NCBI RefSeq assembly: GCF_036321535.1
Contig: NC_087457.1
Location: forward strand, 26,164,001 to 26,228,000
DNA: 64,000 bases
Direction: 5' to 3'
Origin: Camelus dromedarius
Lineage: Eukaryota
This document shows, one piece after another, positions 1 through 10,830 of this stretch. The translations under genes and the position numbers were made by a program. The number at the start of each line of letters is the position of its first letter. Position 1 is the stretch's first letter. The notes under the pieces were generated by a model. The model saw only the letters and a program-made list of their open reading frames with translations, did not search any database and was not told the DNA's origin.

Positions 1-250
1 ATAAAGACATCCGTGCGGAAGGGATGCTGGGGTGGTTCGGCAGGGGAGGGGATTACTGTGACCAGGGGTCTGGATTCTCTTCCTACAGGTCAGGCAGCAG
101 GCCTGGTTCTGTGCTAAGAACAGGCCACAGCCCTTAGTTGAGACCATGCAGCCGGGCCTGGCTTGGACCACCCAGAGGGTCCTCACCCCTTCGGAGGCTT
201 AAGTGCTTAGGTGGCATCCGACCTCCTTTAACAGCCTGGTTTATTTGCAG

Positions 251-391
251 GTCAAAGGCATCAGTCTCCACCCTGAGTTATTCACGATCGACAACGGCCT
301 TCTGACCCCAACCATGAAGGCTAAAAGGCCAGAGCTTCGGAATTATTTCAGGTCGCAGATCGATGAACTTTATTCCACCGTCAAAGTCTAA
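251..391 (+). CDS. ACSL1: Long-chain acyl-CoA synthetase 1, terminal coding exon
   Basis: Acceptor ttatttgcag (AG 249-250), then VKGISLHPELFTIDNGLLTPTMKAKRPELRNYFRSQIDELYSTVKV-TAA, matching the recalled mammalian ACSL1 C-terminus. Upstream exons lie outside the window. Confidence 0.97.
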   Translation, partial: VKGISLHPELFTIDNGLLTPTMKAKRPELRNYFRSQIDELYSTVKV

Positions 392-1733
392 TGGAGGCGG
401 GGAGCTCTCCACAGTCTTCTCCTGCTGCCGCCCTCACTGGTAGCTTGGACGACGGCAGGTGTAGGGAACGAGCATCCTTGTCTGACTCGTGCGTTCACAT
501 TCTCGTCATAGGAACACTCGAGGGGATGGAGCACTGCCTTACAGTCACCTCGCGTTGCAGACCATGTTCACGGTGATATATATACAATTTCCAAAATGAG
601 CCTTAAAAAATTGTAAAGGGGAAACTATAAATGTGCTAAGTTATTTACAACTTCCTCAGTTCAAAAGGTGGGTGAAAACTTCTGTCTCCCTGTTTTGCTC
701 ACCAAGGGGTTAGGACTTTGCTGTCCCTGAGACGTTTGCTGCTTGCTGTAAGTCCCCAGTTGTCTGCTACTCCAAAGAGTTCCGTGCACTGGAGGGCGCC
801 ATCCCTTACAAACTGGAGCTATCCCGGCCGGAGGACGTCACAAGTGGACCAGAGGGTTTTTTTTTTAAAACCCTGCCACCTGCCCGTCCCCATCTCACAG
901 TCCATCCCACAGCCCTTGTGATGAACCCCTGTCACTCCTGCTGGAGCAGAAGGTTCCCAGTGAAGCAAGGACAGACCCAACTCAAAACAGTGCACTCTGA
1001 GTCTCAGATGGCCGCTCCCCAGCGCGGGTGGATTCTGGCGCCCACAGAGCAGAATGTTCTCTGACCCTTCTCTCCAGTCCCAATGCCCTCCCTCCATCTT
1101 TTCCCAGGGGTTATTAGAAAATCGGCCTTAGACCCTACAGTGAAGACACGCATTTCAAAAAGAAATAATTACCTGGATCAACCATGCACAACTGTGATGC
1201 CAAACAGCTGTGTGGTCGCTCTGTCTGTGATGGCCCACCTGTAGTCTTTTAATGTGGTTTTCATATCAAGAGAGTATGTTGTGATTAAGTGGCTTTTTTC
1301 CCCAGAATAAACTCTCAGGCAAGGCATGTCTTTGAAAATATTAAGGGAGTAGATACACTTGGTACTTACTGAAATGGACAGTGATAAATAAATGCTCTTT
1401 TCTCATAATTCTACCTGATTTCTAGGAAATGTATTTGACAAGCCAAAACTCTAGCATGTAGGAATCTGGAAATCTCATTTCCCGGGATTAATTTCTCAAG
1501 GGATTTTTTTTTTTTTTTTTTGATTTGGGAAATTAGCAGCTTTTCACTTTTCTGCAAGTCTTTGCCACATGTGACTAAACTGAGTTGTCATTTATACAGT
1601 GAAAGCAATTGTTTTGGGACATGTGAAGACGTGAATTCTACAAGCACAACAGGGTTTGCACTAAAGAACTGTCGTTGTGGTAACACTATTTGGTAGCCTA
1701 ACTTCATATGTATATTCTTAATTGCACAGTCAG
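392..1733 (+). other. ACSL1: ACSL1 3' UTR (runs into N gap)
   Basis: Follows the stop codon with no repeats. The segment before the gap resembles the distal end of the human ACSL1 3' UTR as I recall it. Confidence 0.8.
1387..1392 (+). terminator. Candidate proximal polyadenylation signal AATAAA
   Basis: AATAAA seen directly in the ACSL1 3' UTR, followed by T-rich sequence. Use is inferred. Confidence 0.45.
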
Positions 1734-1865
1734 NNNNNNNNNNNNNNNNNNNNNNNNNNNNNNNNNNNNNNNNNNNNNNNNNNNNNNNNNNNNNNNNNNN
1801 NNNNNNNNNNNNNNNNNNNNNNNNNNNNNNNNNNNNNNNNNNNNNNNNNNNNNNNNNNNNNNNNN
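1734..1865. other. Assembly gap or masked run (N)
   Basis: N run. Others lie at 2930-3066, 9744-9909, 15587-15791, 15840-15990, 47530-47685 and 48726-48890, mostly inside LINE1 or Tigger copies. Confidence 0.99.
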
Positions 1866-2460
1866 TGAAGCCTCCCTTCTCGTGTCGGGGGTGGTATCCG
1901 GACTGAGGGGCAGAGCTGAGAGCACGGCGGGCCCTCCGCGCCCAGCCCTTCCTGAGGTGCGGTCCCCCTCCAGGCCTCCTTCCTGACACTTGCAGATGCC
2001 GACCCAGGCCGGCCAGCTCTTCCGGCAACAGTCCTGCTGTGTTGTGGAGAAGAAGCTAATGGTGTGAGCGACATGGATAGTCTTGAGAATGCAGGTTCTC
2101 GGCAGGGTGGGGGCTGCATTTCAGAAGGGCTCGCTGCGGTTGGCTCTGGGGTGGATTGCACTCCGCTGCGTGTTAGTCCTTCTCTTCCTCCAGAACTGTC
2201 TGAGAAGCCGTCTCATTGGTAGCAGCCCACTTCTTTCTTTTCCTCTCTCCTGACCCTACGTTGTCATTTTAAAGATTTTCTTTTCCTGACTGGGCGAGTG
2301 TCAGCTTCCTGACGCTAGTCGTAGCCTTTCTCTTTCCTCCCTGAGCCCCCACTGCAGGGCTTAGGAACTCAGAGGTGTTCGTTAAGTAACTCTCACTTGA
2401 ATGAATACTCGACGTTTTGAACCACGCTTCTGTAATGAGGTTGATAGAAACACTGGGGTT

Positions 2461-3340
2461 TTTTTTTTTCTTTTTTAAAAAAATTCTGGTGAAGTACACT
2501 TACAGTTTACCGTCTTAATCATTTTTTAGCATCCAGTTGAGTGGCATGAAGTGCATTCGTATTGTTGTGCTGTCAGCACCACCATCCATCTCCAGAAACA
2601 AAACTGAAACTCTACCCACTCAGCAGTAACCCTCATTCCTCCTCGCCCCGGCCCCTGGCCACCACCGTTCACTTTCTGTCTCTGAATTTGACACCTCTTG
2701 GAGCCTCATATGAGTAAATCATACAGTGTTTCTTTCTCTGACTCATTTCACTTAGCGTGATGCCCTCAGGTTCATCTGTGTTGTTGCAAATGGCAGGGTT
2801 CTCACTTTTTATAGCTAATTCATATTTGTATGATTACACCACATTTGGTTTAGCCATTCATTTGTTGGTGGACATTTGGACATCTGCTCCCACCTTTTGG
2901 CTACTGAGAAGAACCCTGCTATGAACGTGNNNNNNNNNNNNNNNNNNNNNNNNNNNNNNNNNNNNNNNNNNNNNNNNNNNNNNNNNNNNNNNNNNNNNNN
3001 NNNNNNNNNNNNNNNNNNNNNNNNNNNNNNNNNNNNNNNNNNNNNNNNNNNNNNNNNNNNNNNNNNTGCGTTCTCACCAGCCATGGACAAGGGTTCCACT
3101 TTCTCCGCATCCTCGCAGTTACTTGTTGGCTTTTGTTTTATTGATAATATCCATCCTAGTGGATGTAGGCGGTATCCCGCTGCGGACTTGATTTGCATTT
3201 CCCTAATGATTGGTAAGGCGTGTGCTTATTGGTCATTTGGATATCTTCTTTGGAGAAATGTCCTTTGCCCATTTTAAAAAATTGGATTGGTCTTTGTTAT
3301 TGAGCAGTGGGAGTTCTTTATATATTCTGGATATTAGTCC
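2461..3340 (-). mobile_element. LINE1 3' fragment (L1MB-like)
   Basis: Antisense L1 3' UTR/ORF2-end signatures (ttcacttagcgtgatgccctcaggttcatc; ggacatttgg; tggagaaatgtcc) and a poly-T tail at 2461. Confidence 0.85.
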
Positions 3341-3589
3341 CTAAACACTATCTTCAGTTCTTGCCTTTCCAGGCGCACTGCATCCGATGGCCTCCAGCCC
3401 ACGAGTGGAAACCACTCCTCCAAAGCCCTGCCTCACCCCGGCAGTTTGCCCGGCTCCTCCCCGCCTCCCTGGCTGTGACACCGCCTCACTCTGTGTCTAC
3501 ACTCCAACAGTTTGTTTTTAAGTATATTTGGCTTTTGGTGTTAAATATTTTTGCCTCACTCTCAATTTTTTAAATTCCTCAGGATAATA

Positions 3590-3800
3590 ATAATAACTGA
3601 AATGTCCTGAAGGTTGCCACATGCCGGGCACTAGTCAGCAGGTTAGTAGGTGACCCATTTCAAGCAAGGCGCCGCTTGGTTGCCGTTTTACAAGGAGGAC
3701 ATCAAAACACCCGAATTCGATCAGTGTCACACACCCCACAGACCTGGAGCGGACCGGCCTGGCTCCAGACGCCCAGCTTTCCACCCCACACTGTGGAAGT
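3590..3800 (-). mobile_element. MIR fragment
   Basis: Degenerate MIR core (catgccgggcac... gatcagtgtcacacacc... ccagacgcccag). Confidence 0.55.
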
Positions 3801-4289
3801 TTCTTCTTGCCTGCCCGTGGTGGTGACTTCCTGACACAGCATGTCAGCGGATTGTTTCTTGGCGCCAGCGCTTGTGCCTCTAAATTTCAGTCGAAGTGGT
3901 TTTGATTCCCGCCTTGCTCTTGGTCACAGCAGAGGCTAATACCGCTTCCCGGTTTTCTAGTGGTTTTGTGGCTTATCAAAAACTAAATATGGTTGCTCTC
4001 GGGAAGGCTGGTAACAAATCCTCAAGGACCAAATGTTATGTAGAACCAGCCACTCTAGTTTAAGAGGAAAACAAGTATAAAACTGGGTCACAGGCATGTG
4101 GCAGGTCCATGAGGTCCTTGGAAGTTCTAGGAATCACTGGCTGTGGAGGTAAGAACAGCTCTGGGTCTCATGGGTTTGCTTGGGGCCGGGGCAGGGTGGG
4201 GGGGGGTGCGGGCTGTGCTGTGTTCTTCACTTACGTTCTCTCTCTTGATTCTCCCAAAACCCCTGTGAGGCAGGTGATGGGTCCACAGT

Positions 4290-5290
4290 CCTGTGTCTAA
4301 CACCAGCTAAGTGCCAGGCATGGTCCTGTGCTGTGAGGACTCAGCCATGAGCATAGAAGACAAGATCCTGGCCCTGGAGCAGCCCCCTTTACAGCAGAGA
4401 GACGGACAGGAAACAAGAAAGTAAGTGGACAGCTTCAGATGGGGATGTGCTGGGTGCCTTGAAGAGAACAACTGACAGAGTATTAGAAGACCACGGGGCC
4501 TCTTCTAAGTGTGATGGCGGAGAAGCTCTCTTTGAGGAGGGGACACTTGGGGTGATAACCTGGAGAAAGAGGTGGAACAAGCCTTGCCATGGTTTGGAGA
4601 AAGAGTTTTCAAATAGAAGAAATAGTGAGTGCAAAGGCCCTGGGGTGAGAAAGAGCTCGCTGTAGTCCAGGCACAGAAAGGAAGGGGCAGTGCAGCTGGA
4701 GCGTCAGAAGCGAGGGAAAGAGTGGTACCCAGAGAAGTGAGAGACGACGAAGGGCCAGTTATCAGGCCTGGCAGCCCAGGAATCCAGGGTTTACTCGGAA
4801 ACAAATGAAAGGTTTGAGGTGAGGAGTGACATTCCCTGAATGACCACTCTGGCTGCTGCAGAGGGACCAAAGGAGAAGCTCAGAGACCAGGAAAGGACAG
4901 CGAGTGCACGATGGCAGCCCGAACCAGGGTGGAGGGTAAGTGTGAAGGCTGCTGGAGGCAGAAGCAGTGCATGTGCGGGATCAGGAAAGGGAGGGTTGGG
5001 GGTGAGCACAGCTGGGTGGATGGTGGAGCCGTACTTACTGAGACGGAAGACCCTGGAGCATTGGTTTTGGGGGAGGGAATCGAGGTTGGATCTGGACAGT
5101 TTCCATTTGAAGTTCCTGCTGGACAAGCACCTAAGGATGGATGTGAGCCCAGAGCACAGAGACCGGTCAGGAGACACCAGGTTGGAAGTCAGCAGCACAG
5201 AAGAGGTATTTAAAGCTGAGGGACTTTATCAGTAACCCGGGGGAGTAGGAAACAGCAATGGGGATGGAGGGGTACCTGCCATCGTCTGTC
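4290..5290 (-). mobile_element. LINE2 fragments
   Basis: Typical antisense L2 motifs, e.g. gagtgcaaaggccctggggtgagaaagag and ggtatttaaagctgagggact. Confidence 0.7.
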
Positions 5291-6689
5291 AGATGTCTGT
5301 CTGGCCCAGAGCATCCTTCCCACTTATCCTCCAACCTTCTGAAGTTTTCATGGACGGTGGCCACGGTCGTGAGTGTGACTGAAGGGGACTCTCCTGAGGT
5401 TCAGGGCACAGAGGTAGTTCCCCCGGGTCTTTTGTTAGCGCAGCACCCCCACTCCCACCAAACCCAGCTGCCCTTTCACGCCTGTATTCTAGAGCAAGTG
5501 CCCAAATCTGTGTCCATCTTGATCTCACCCCTTCACCCAGAGAGAGTAATTGGGAAATTGACCCTCCGCCTTACTTACTGTCCACACATGTGGCATAGAA
5601 AGAAATCTAGAATTTTCCTTTTGACTTTTTCCTTCGCTGTTGATTTGTGCCAATGGTCAAAGTCTTGCTGGGTGAATTCTGCTTCTCGGCCCTGTTCTTC
5701 AGGTACAGAGGGATTCTGTTCTTGCCCAGGAGCGGGTTTCCCCCCTACCCCGCCCGCCCACAAGTATATTTTGCACATAAGTTCTTAGCCACTCTCTTTC
5801 GTTGAGATTTTTAAAGAGGGGATGGTTTTGGCTGTCAAGTTCCTCTAACAGAATCGTCCTTGCTACACACGAAGGCTGCTGGTTTTCCCTCTAGGAACCC
5901 CAGGCAGGCTCCCTGCTTTGCATGTGGCTGGGTAAACTGGAGGGTGAGTCACTGGAGTGACAGCGGCATCCGCTGCAGGGGAGCTCACGCGGGTGCTCGG
6001 CTGGGACACACGGAGCATGTGTAGAACCAGTTGGCTCACATTCTGCGTTGGGCAACGTGTGCAGACACAGAGGGACTCTTGTTTTTGAGTCTCTTGCTTT
6101 CCCACACCCTCTGATACTGCCGCCCCCACCCCGCTGGCTCCTGCCAGCTCCTCGGCCCCGCCCAGGCTGAGCTGTCACCCAGCCCTGCGTTTGGGAACAA
6201 TTCCACGGCTGCCCCAGGCAGCCTCAGCTCCCCTGACTTGCTGAGGCTTTCTCCTGCTGTCTCTCAAGCCCATCCACTTCCCTCCATCCCTCAGTCCACC
6301 TGGCCAAGCAGGGCGGCAGCCAGCCCTTGCTGGGACGACCGCACCGGCCCCTTACTTGACCTCCTCGTCTCCTGGAGCGGTCTCTACTCACTCACTTCTC
6401 CCCCACTTGGCAGCGAGGATGATTTCTCTAAATCACAAGTCTTCATTGCATGACTTCCCTGCTTAATCATTCCAGGGTTTCCTATCGCTCTTAAGTCTGA
6501 ACCGCTGATGCACTTAGAGGAAGGCTTCTCCACTGTGACTGTGCACCAGGTCCCCTGGGGATCTGAAAGCACGGATTCTGAGTCAGTAAATCTGCAATCA
6601 GGGCTGATATTCTGCATTTCTCATAAGCTCCCGGGTGGGGCCTGTCCTGCTGGTCTGTGCAGGCCACTCTGAGGAGCAAGGACCAGGAG

Positions 6690-7060
6690 GTCCCCTGCCT
6701 GTCTCCCTAATCTCATCTCTTGCCACCTCCCCAACTCTGTTCCAGCCACACTGAACTTATTCTAGCTCCCAGAATGCATCACACTTTCGCTCATCCCTGG
6801 GCCTTTGCACGTGCACCCTCACTAGTGCACTCTTGTACCCCAGCCTGGCTGGCTTCTGCCCTTTATTTCAGTTAGAGGGTAGATATCATTTCCTCTAGGA
6901 AGTCTTCTCTGATTCTCCAACCCCAGGGAACAAATTGGGGAGTGTGTTTGTGGCCCAGCAGTGGTGTGAGGTGGAGGGGTAGGGTGGTAATGATGTTATG
7001 CTCAGGGACAAGGTCAAAGGGGTGAGTGAGCTGAACCGTGAGGTACAAGGTGGCAGCCAG
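6690..7060. mobile_element. LINE2 3' fragments
   Basis: ccagccacactgaactt... gggcctttgcacgtgc and atcatttcctctaggaagtcttctctga are L2 3'-end motifs. Confidence 0.6.
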
Positions 7061-8575
7061 AGAGGTGGGGAGCTGTTTCCTTCTACAGAATGTTCTAGGA
7101 GGAAGATTCTCGTGTCCCCTGTGGTGGACAGAAGACTGTCTGACCTGAGCTTGTGCAAAGGGTCCCAGGTCTCCTGCTGAGCAGAGAGGATCCCCGAGGA
7201 AAGGCCACTGCTTCCGCCGCACGAGGTCAGCCTCACAACTGTGTGTGTGTCCTCAGGCCACCCGAAAGTCATGTCTGCATGACCAAGGCCGCTACAAGGA
7301 TGAAAACTTTTTCCAGAAAGTTCTTTTTTGACACAGCCTGAGAGAGAATCATGGAGACAAGTTTCTACAGTAGAAATCTTCTTTCCTTAAGAAAATCTTT
7401 TTCTTTAAAAGTATCCTTTAATTTTTTTTCTCTTTCTTAGTTTATGTGCTCCTTTGGTCCTTGTTTGATTTTTGACTTATAAAGTTATTTCCTGTGCAGG
7501 TGGGAAGTCGGTTATTCTTGGCTATGAAATCCTGGATTTTGCTAGAATATTCCTGCCAGGGTTCCTGCACCGGACTCTCTGAGCCCAGCAGGCGGCTGGG
7601 AAGGGGATCTGAGACTTGATACCGCATCGTCAGGATGTAGTGATCAGACCTGTTTAGCCACGTGACCTCAGCGTGGGTAGGAGAAGTGCCAGTTAGGTCT
7701 GGAAAAAGTAGAACATTAGTTCCACAGCAAACAAGTCCAGTAGCTGGGAATCAGAGCCAGGGCAGGGTTGGAAAGCATGTGACTTGGGGAGGGAGCTAAT
7801 GTCACTGCAGTTTGCTCCAATGGAAGAACTTCCCTGCCCTCCAACATTAAAAGACACCGAATAGTACTTCCTTACTGAACTTAATTTCCGCTTGAACCAA
7901 CTTTAAGCCAGTATTTACAGTGTCTGAACTGGTCGCTAGTTAAATCTCCAGCCCTGTTCTTACTCTGCCCTCTAGTGGGCACAGCACTGAATAGAAAATT
8001 CAACAAGAAGCTGGCTAGAAAAAAGCAGAGGCACTGTTGGAAGTGAGAAGCCCCTCTATCTAGGGTCCTCCACATTCTTTACCTCTTTGTCTTCATGGTA
8101 ATCCTGTAAGATAAATAATGTTCTCACTTATATTTTCATTAAGCATCAAATTAATAATTCCAAAATATAGAACTAATATATAGATACCTACTCCACAGCG
8201 ACGGTATCCACAGAGAAGTGTCCATGCACAACCACGGATCCCAAGGATCCAAGATACTTTGTAGTTCTTTATTTTCTGTGTTTGTACTAAAAAAGCAGTA
8301 GAGTTTTTTCATTTCCAAGCTTGAAAGTAAATTACATAACTTAGCGACCCTCTGTGTACATGTCCTCCAGCACCTCGGAGCCTCCCAGTGTCCCTCCAGG
8401 TTACCCCCAGGGCTCCGGATCCGCAGTCTCCACTGCTGTGTTCTCAGCCCGCTTCCAACACCCTGCTTCACCGCATCCTGAAGACTATTCCTTCTTCACA
8501 ACCGTCCCAGACACCTCGGGACAAGGTTGTTGATTTTAGCAAACATTTACAAAAGATTAACTATGGTGGGAAGAG

Positions 8576-8724
8576 GGGGGAGGGTATAGCTCATTGGTAA
8601 AGCCCGTGCCTAGCATGCAAGGGTCCTGGGTTCAATCCCCAGTACCTCCACTAAATAAATAAACAAACAAACAAACAAACAAACAAACCTAATCACCGCC
8701 CTACCTCACCCCCCCCCCCCCCAG
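8576..8724 (+). mobile_element. Camelid tRNA-derived SINE (Vic-1-like)
   Basis: tRNA head with A box (tagctcattgg) and B box (gggttcaatccc), (AAAC)n, cctaatcac and C-run tail. Perfect 12-bp TSD tggtgggaagag at 8564-8575 and 8725-8736. Confidence 0.93.
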
Positions 8725-9374
8725 TGGTGGGAAGAGTACAGCACAACACAGGCACCATCTTAAGTTAGAAAATCTTGGCTATGGCTTCTTCCCCAAAGTA
8801 GTCCGCCATTCTCTTCATGGGGAGTTTCTCATCGACCAGATCCTTGGCTGCAGCTTCTCCAGTTTGCTGGGTTCCTCCTCTTCCTTCCAGTATCCCTTCT
8901 CCCTTCTCTGGCTGCAGCCTCCAGCCCCATTTTTCCATTAATGTCTTACAATGAGCCTTTGTGCGGTCCTCCTCCCTGGCCAAACTGGACGCAACACCTG
9001 GCTTATACGTTCAGATGCTCATGAAGGGATTCTGGCCTCCACCCCCAGCAGTAGAAACAACCAGTAGAAGCTTTGAGATTGCTAGTCAGCATCAAAGTCC
9101 TAGGAAAGGCTCTCATCCCAACTCTGCCCAGAGCAAACTGAGTCTTCTCCATGTTGTAGTGTTGCCTTGCTTTATTGCACTACACACACCGGAGACCCTG
9201 GAAGGTGCGGCTTTCCCTCTCCCCTCCCCTCACCCAAACTGAGAATCACTGCTCTAAGCTAATAGTTTAACTGAACAAGCAGCATGACAGGGGTGAACAA
9301 TGTGAGTTTGGGGGAGGGGTTGGAATCCTAGGTGGGATTCCTGGCTTCCCTACAGCTAGCTCTACAACCATGGT

Positions 9375-9743
9375 GGTGGTGGTAATAGCAGAAAGACTGA
9401 AAACAACCCATGTTTGCATACACAGGAGAATGGATAAACAAAATGTGATATATTTACTTGATGCATTCCAAAGACAATGAAAATGAATGAACTACAGCTA
9501 TAGGCATCAATGTGGGTAAATCTAAAAATCATAGCTTTGATTAAGAAAAAACACTTCCAAAATACATACCAAATATCATTTATATAAAACATAGCAATAA
9601 TTATTACATTACCTAGGGATATATCAAGGTAGAAAAACAGAAGTGGTTATCCTTGGAAGGTATTATAATTATCAATTTCCTAATCCAGTAGCGAGTATCT
9701 GTGTGCTCCTTTTTATCTTTATAGATGTTACATTATTTTGTAT
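9375..9743 (+). mobile_element. Old LINE1 3' fragment (L1ME/L1MD-like)
   Basis: aatggataaacaaaatgtgatat... aatgaatgaactacagcta L1 3' signature. Confidence 0.7.
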
Positions 9744-9909
9744 NNNNNNNNNNNNNNNNNNNNNNNNNNNNNNNNNNNNNNNNNNNNNNNNNNNNNNNNN
9801 NNNNNNNNNNNNNNNNNNNNNNNNNNNNNNNNNNNNNNNNNNNNNNNNNNNNNNNNNNNNNNNNNNNNNNNNNNNNNNNNNNNNNNNNNNNNNNNNNNNN
9901 NNNNNNNNN

Positions 9910-10085
9910 GCGTCAAACCCAACAAATCATTGTCAAACCGAGTGTCTGGAGCTTTTGCCCTGTGTTTTCTTCTGAGAGTTTTACAGTTTGAGCTCTTACA
10001 GTTAGGGCTTTGCTCCATTCTGAGTTTATTTTTATTTATGGTGTGGTAAGGGTCCAACATCGTTCTTTTGGCAGATAATACATTT
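9910..10085 (-). mobile_element. LINE1 ORF2 fragment
   Basis: The minus-strand ORF translates as L1 ORF2-like (LDPYHTINKNKLR...NCKTLRRKHR). Confidence 0.8.
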
Positions 10086-10239
10086 TTAAACAGAAAGCAA
10101 AGAATCAGAGTATTAGCTCCAGAAGGGGCCCTCACCATTTACGAATGGGGAAACTGGGATAGAAATAAAATAATAGGCCAGGCTCACACAGCTGATTAAG
10201 GGCAGCAGCGGACTAAAAGCCAAAAGCTGTTTTCAAAGC

Positions 10240-10830
10240 TTTACAGCGGACGACTGCGCAGGCGCCTAAGCACCCGCGCGCCCACCCGGGCTTTGGGTCC
10301 GCCCCTCGCGGGCGAGCGCCCTCAGGCTTTCCGGCACTGGCTCCTCCCCTTCCCCATCCTGAGGGCGGGCCCGGCGGTCCAGGAGCGTTGGAACTTGGGA
10401 AAACAGGCGCGGCGCGCGGGTGAAGGGAGAACCCGGCAAACCCTTGGCGACTCATGGACCGTGAGGAACTGGTTGTAAGGCGTGAGCTCCGGCTCCCGCT
10501 CCGCCTTCCTACTGTACCAGGCCTGGTTTTCTCTCGCACTCTAAGACGGGGAGGAGCCCCGTCTTGTAAACTCCTGTACAAGGCCGTGGGCGGGGCGGAG
10601 GGCGAGCCCGCGTGCTTAGCCCGGATTGGTTGCTTGGAGCGGCGCGAGGTTTGGCGGGAGTTTCGGGGCTGCGCCGGCGCAGAGAGCTGCGGGCTGGGAT
10701 GGCCCTGCCAGGGCGAGTGAGGCGCGCGGGGTAAGTGCTGCGGGCCCTCGGAGCGCGGGGCCGGGGGCCGCTTTGTTTTCTTTGTCTTCCGCGGGGCTTG
10801 GGCCTCTTGGAGCTGTTCGTGCTCCCTGGT
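10240..10830 (+). promoter_or_regulatory. CENPU: CENPU CpG-island promoter
   Basis: Dense CpG around exon 1. GC box GGGCGGGGCGGAG at 10588-10600, inverted CCAAT (ATTGG) at 10625-10629, E2F-type TTTGGCGGGA at 10650-10659. This layout is typical of cell-cycle gene promoters. Confidence 0.88.
10699..10730 (+). CDS. CENPU: CENPU exon 1 coding part ([11 protein letters not shown])
   Basis: Strong Kozak gggATGG and donor GG/gtaagt. Phase 2 fits exon 2. Confidence 0.88.

Noticed and set aside
8576-8650. tRNA-Ala-like sequences (also at 18800-18878, 21228-21300, 61615-61687, 62368-62440)
   Set aside because: They have SINE tails, TSDs and mismatched stems, so they are tRNA-derived SINEs and not tRNA genes.
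8765-8983. 72-aa minus ORF ending KDLVDEKLPMKRMADYFGEEAIAKIF
   Set aside because: Non-ATG start, no recognised homolog, and part of it resembles an MLT1-type LTR fragment. No splice support.
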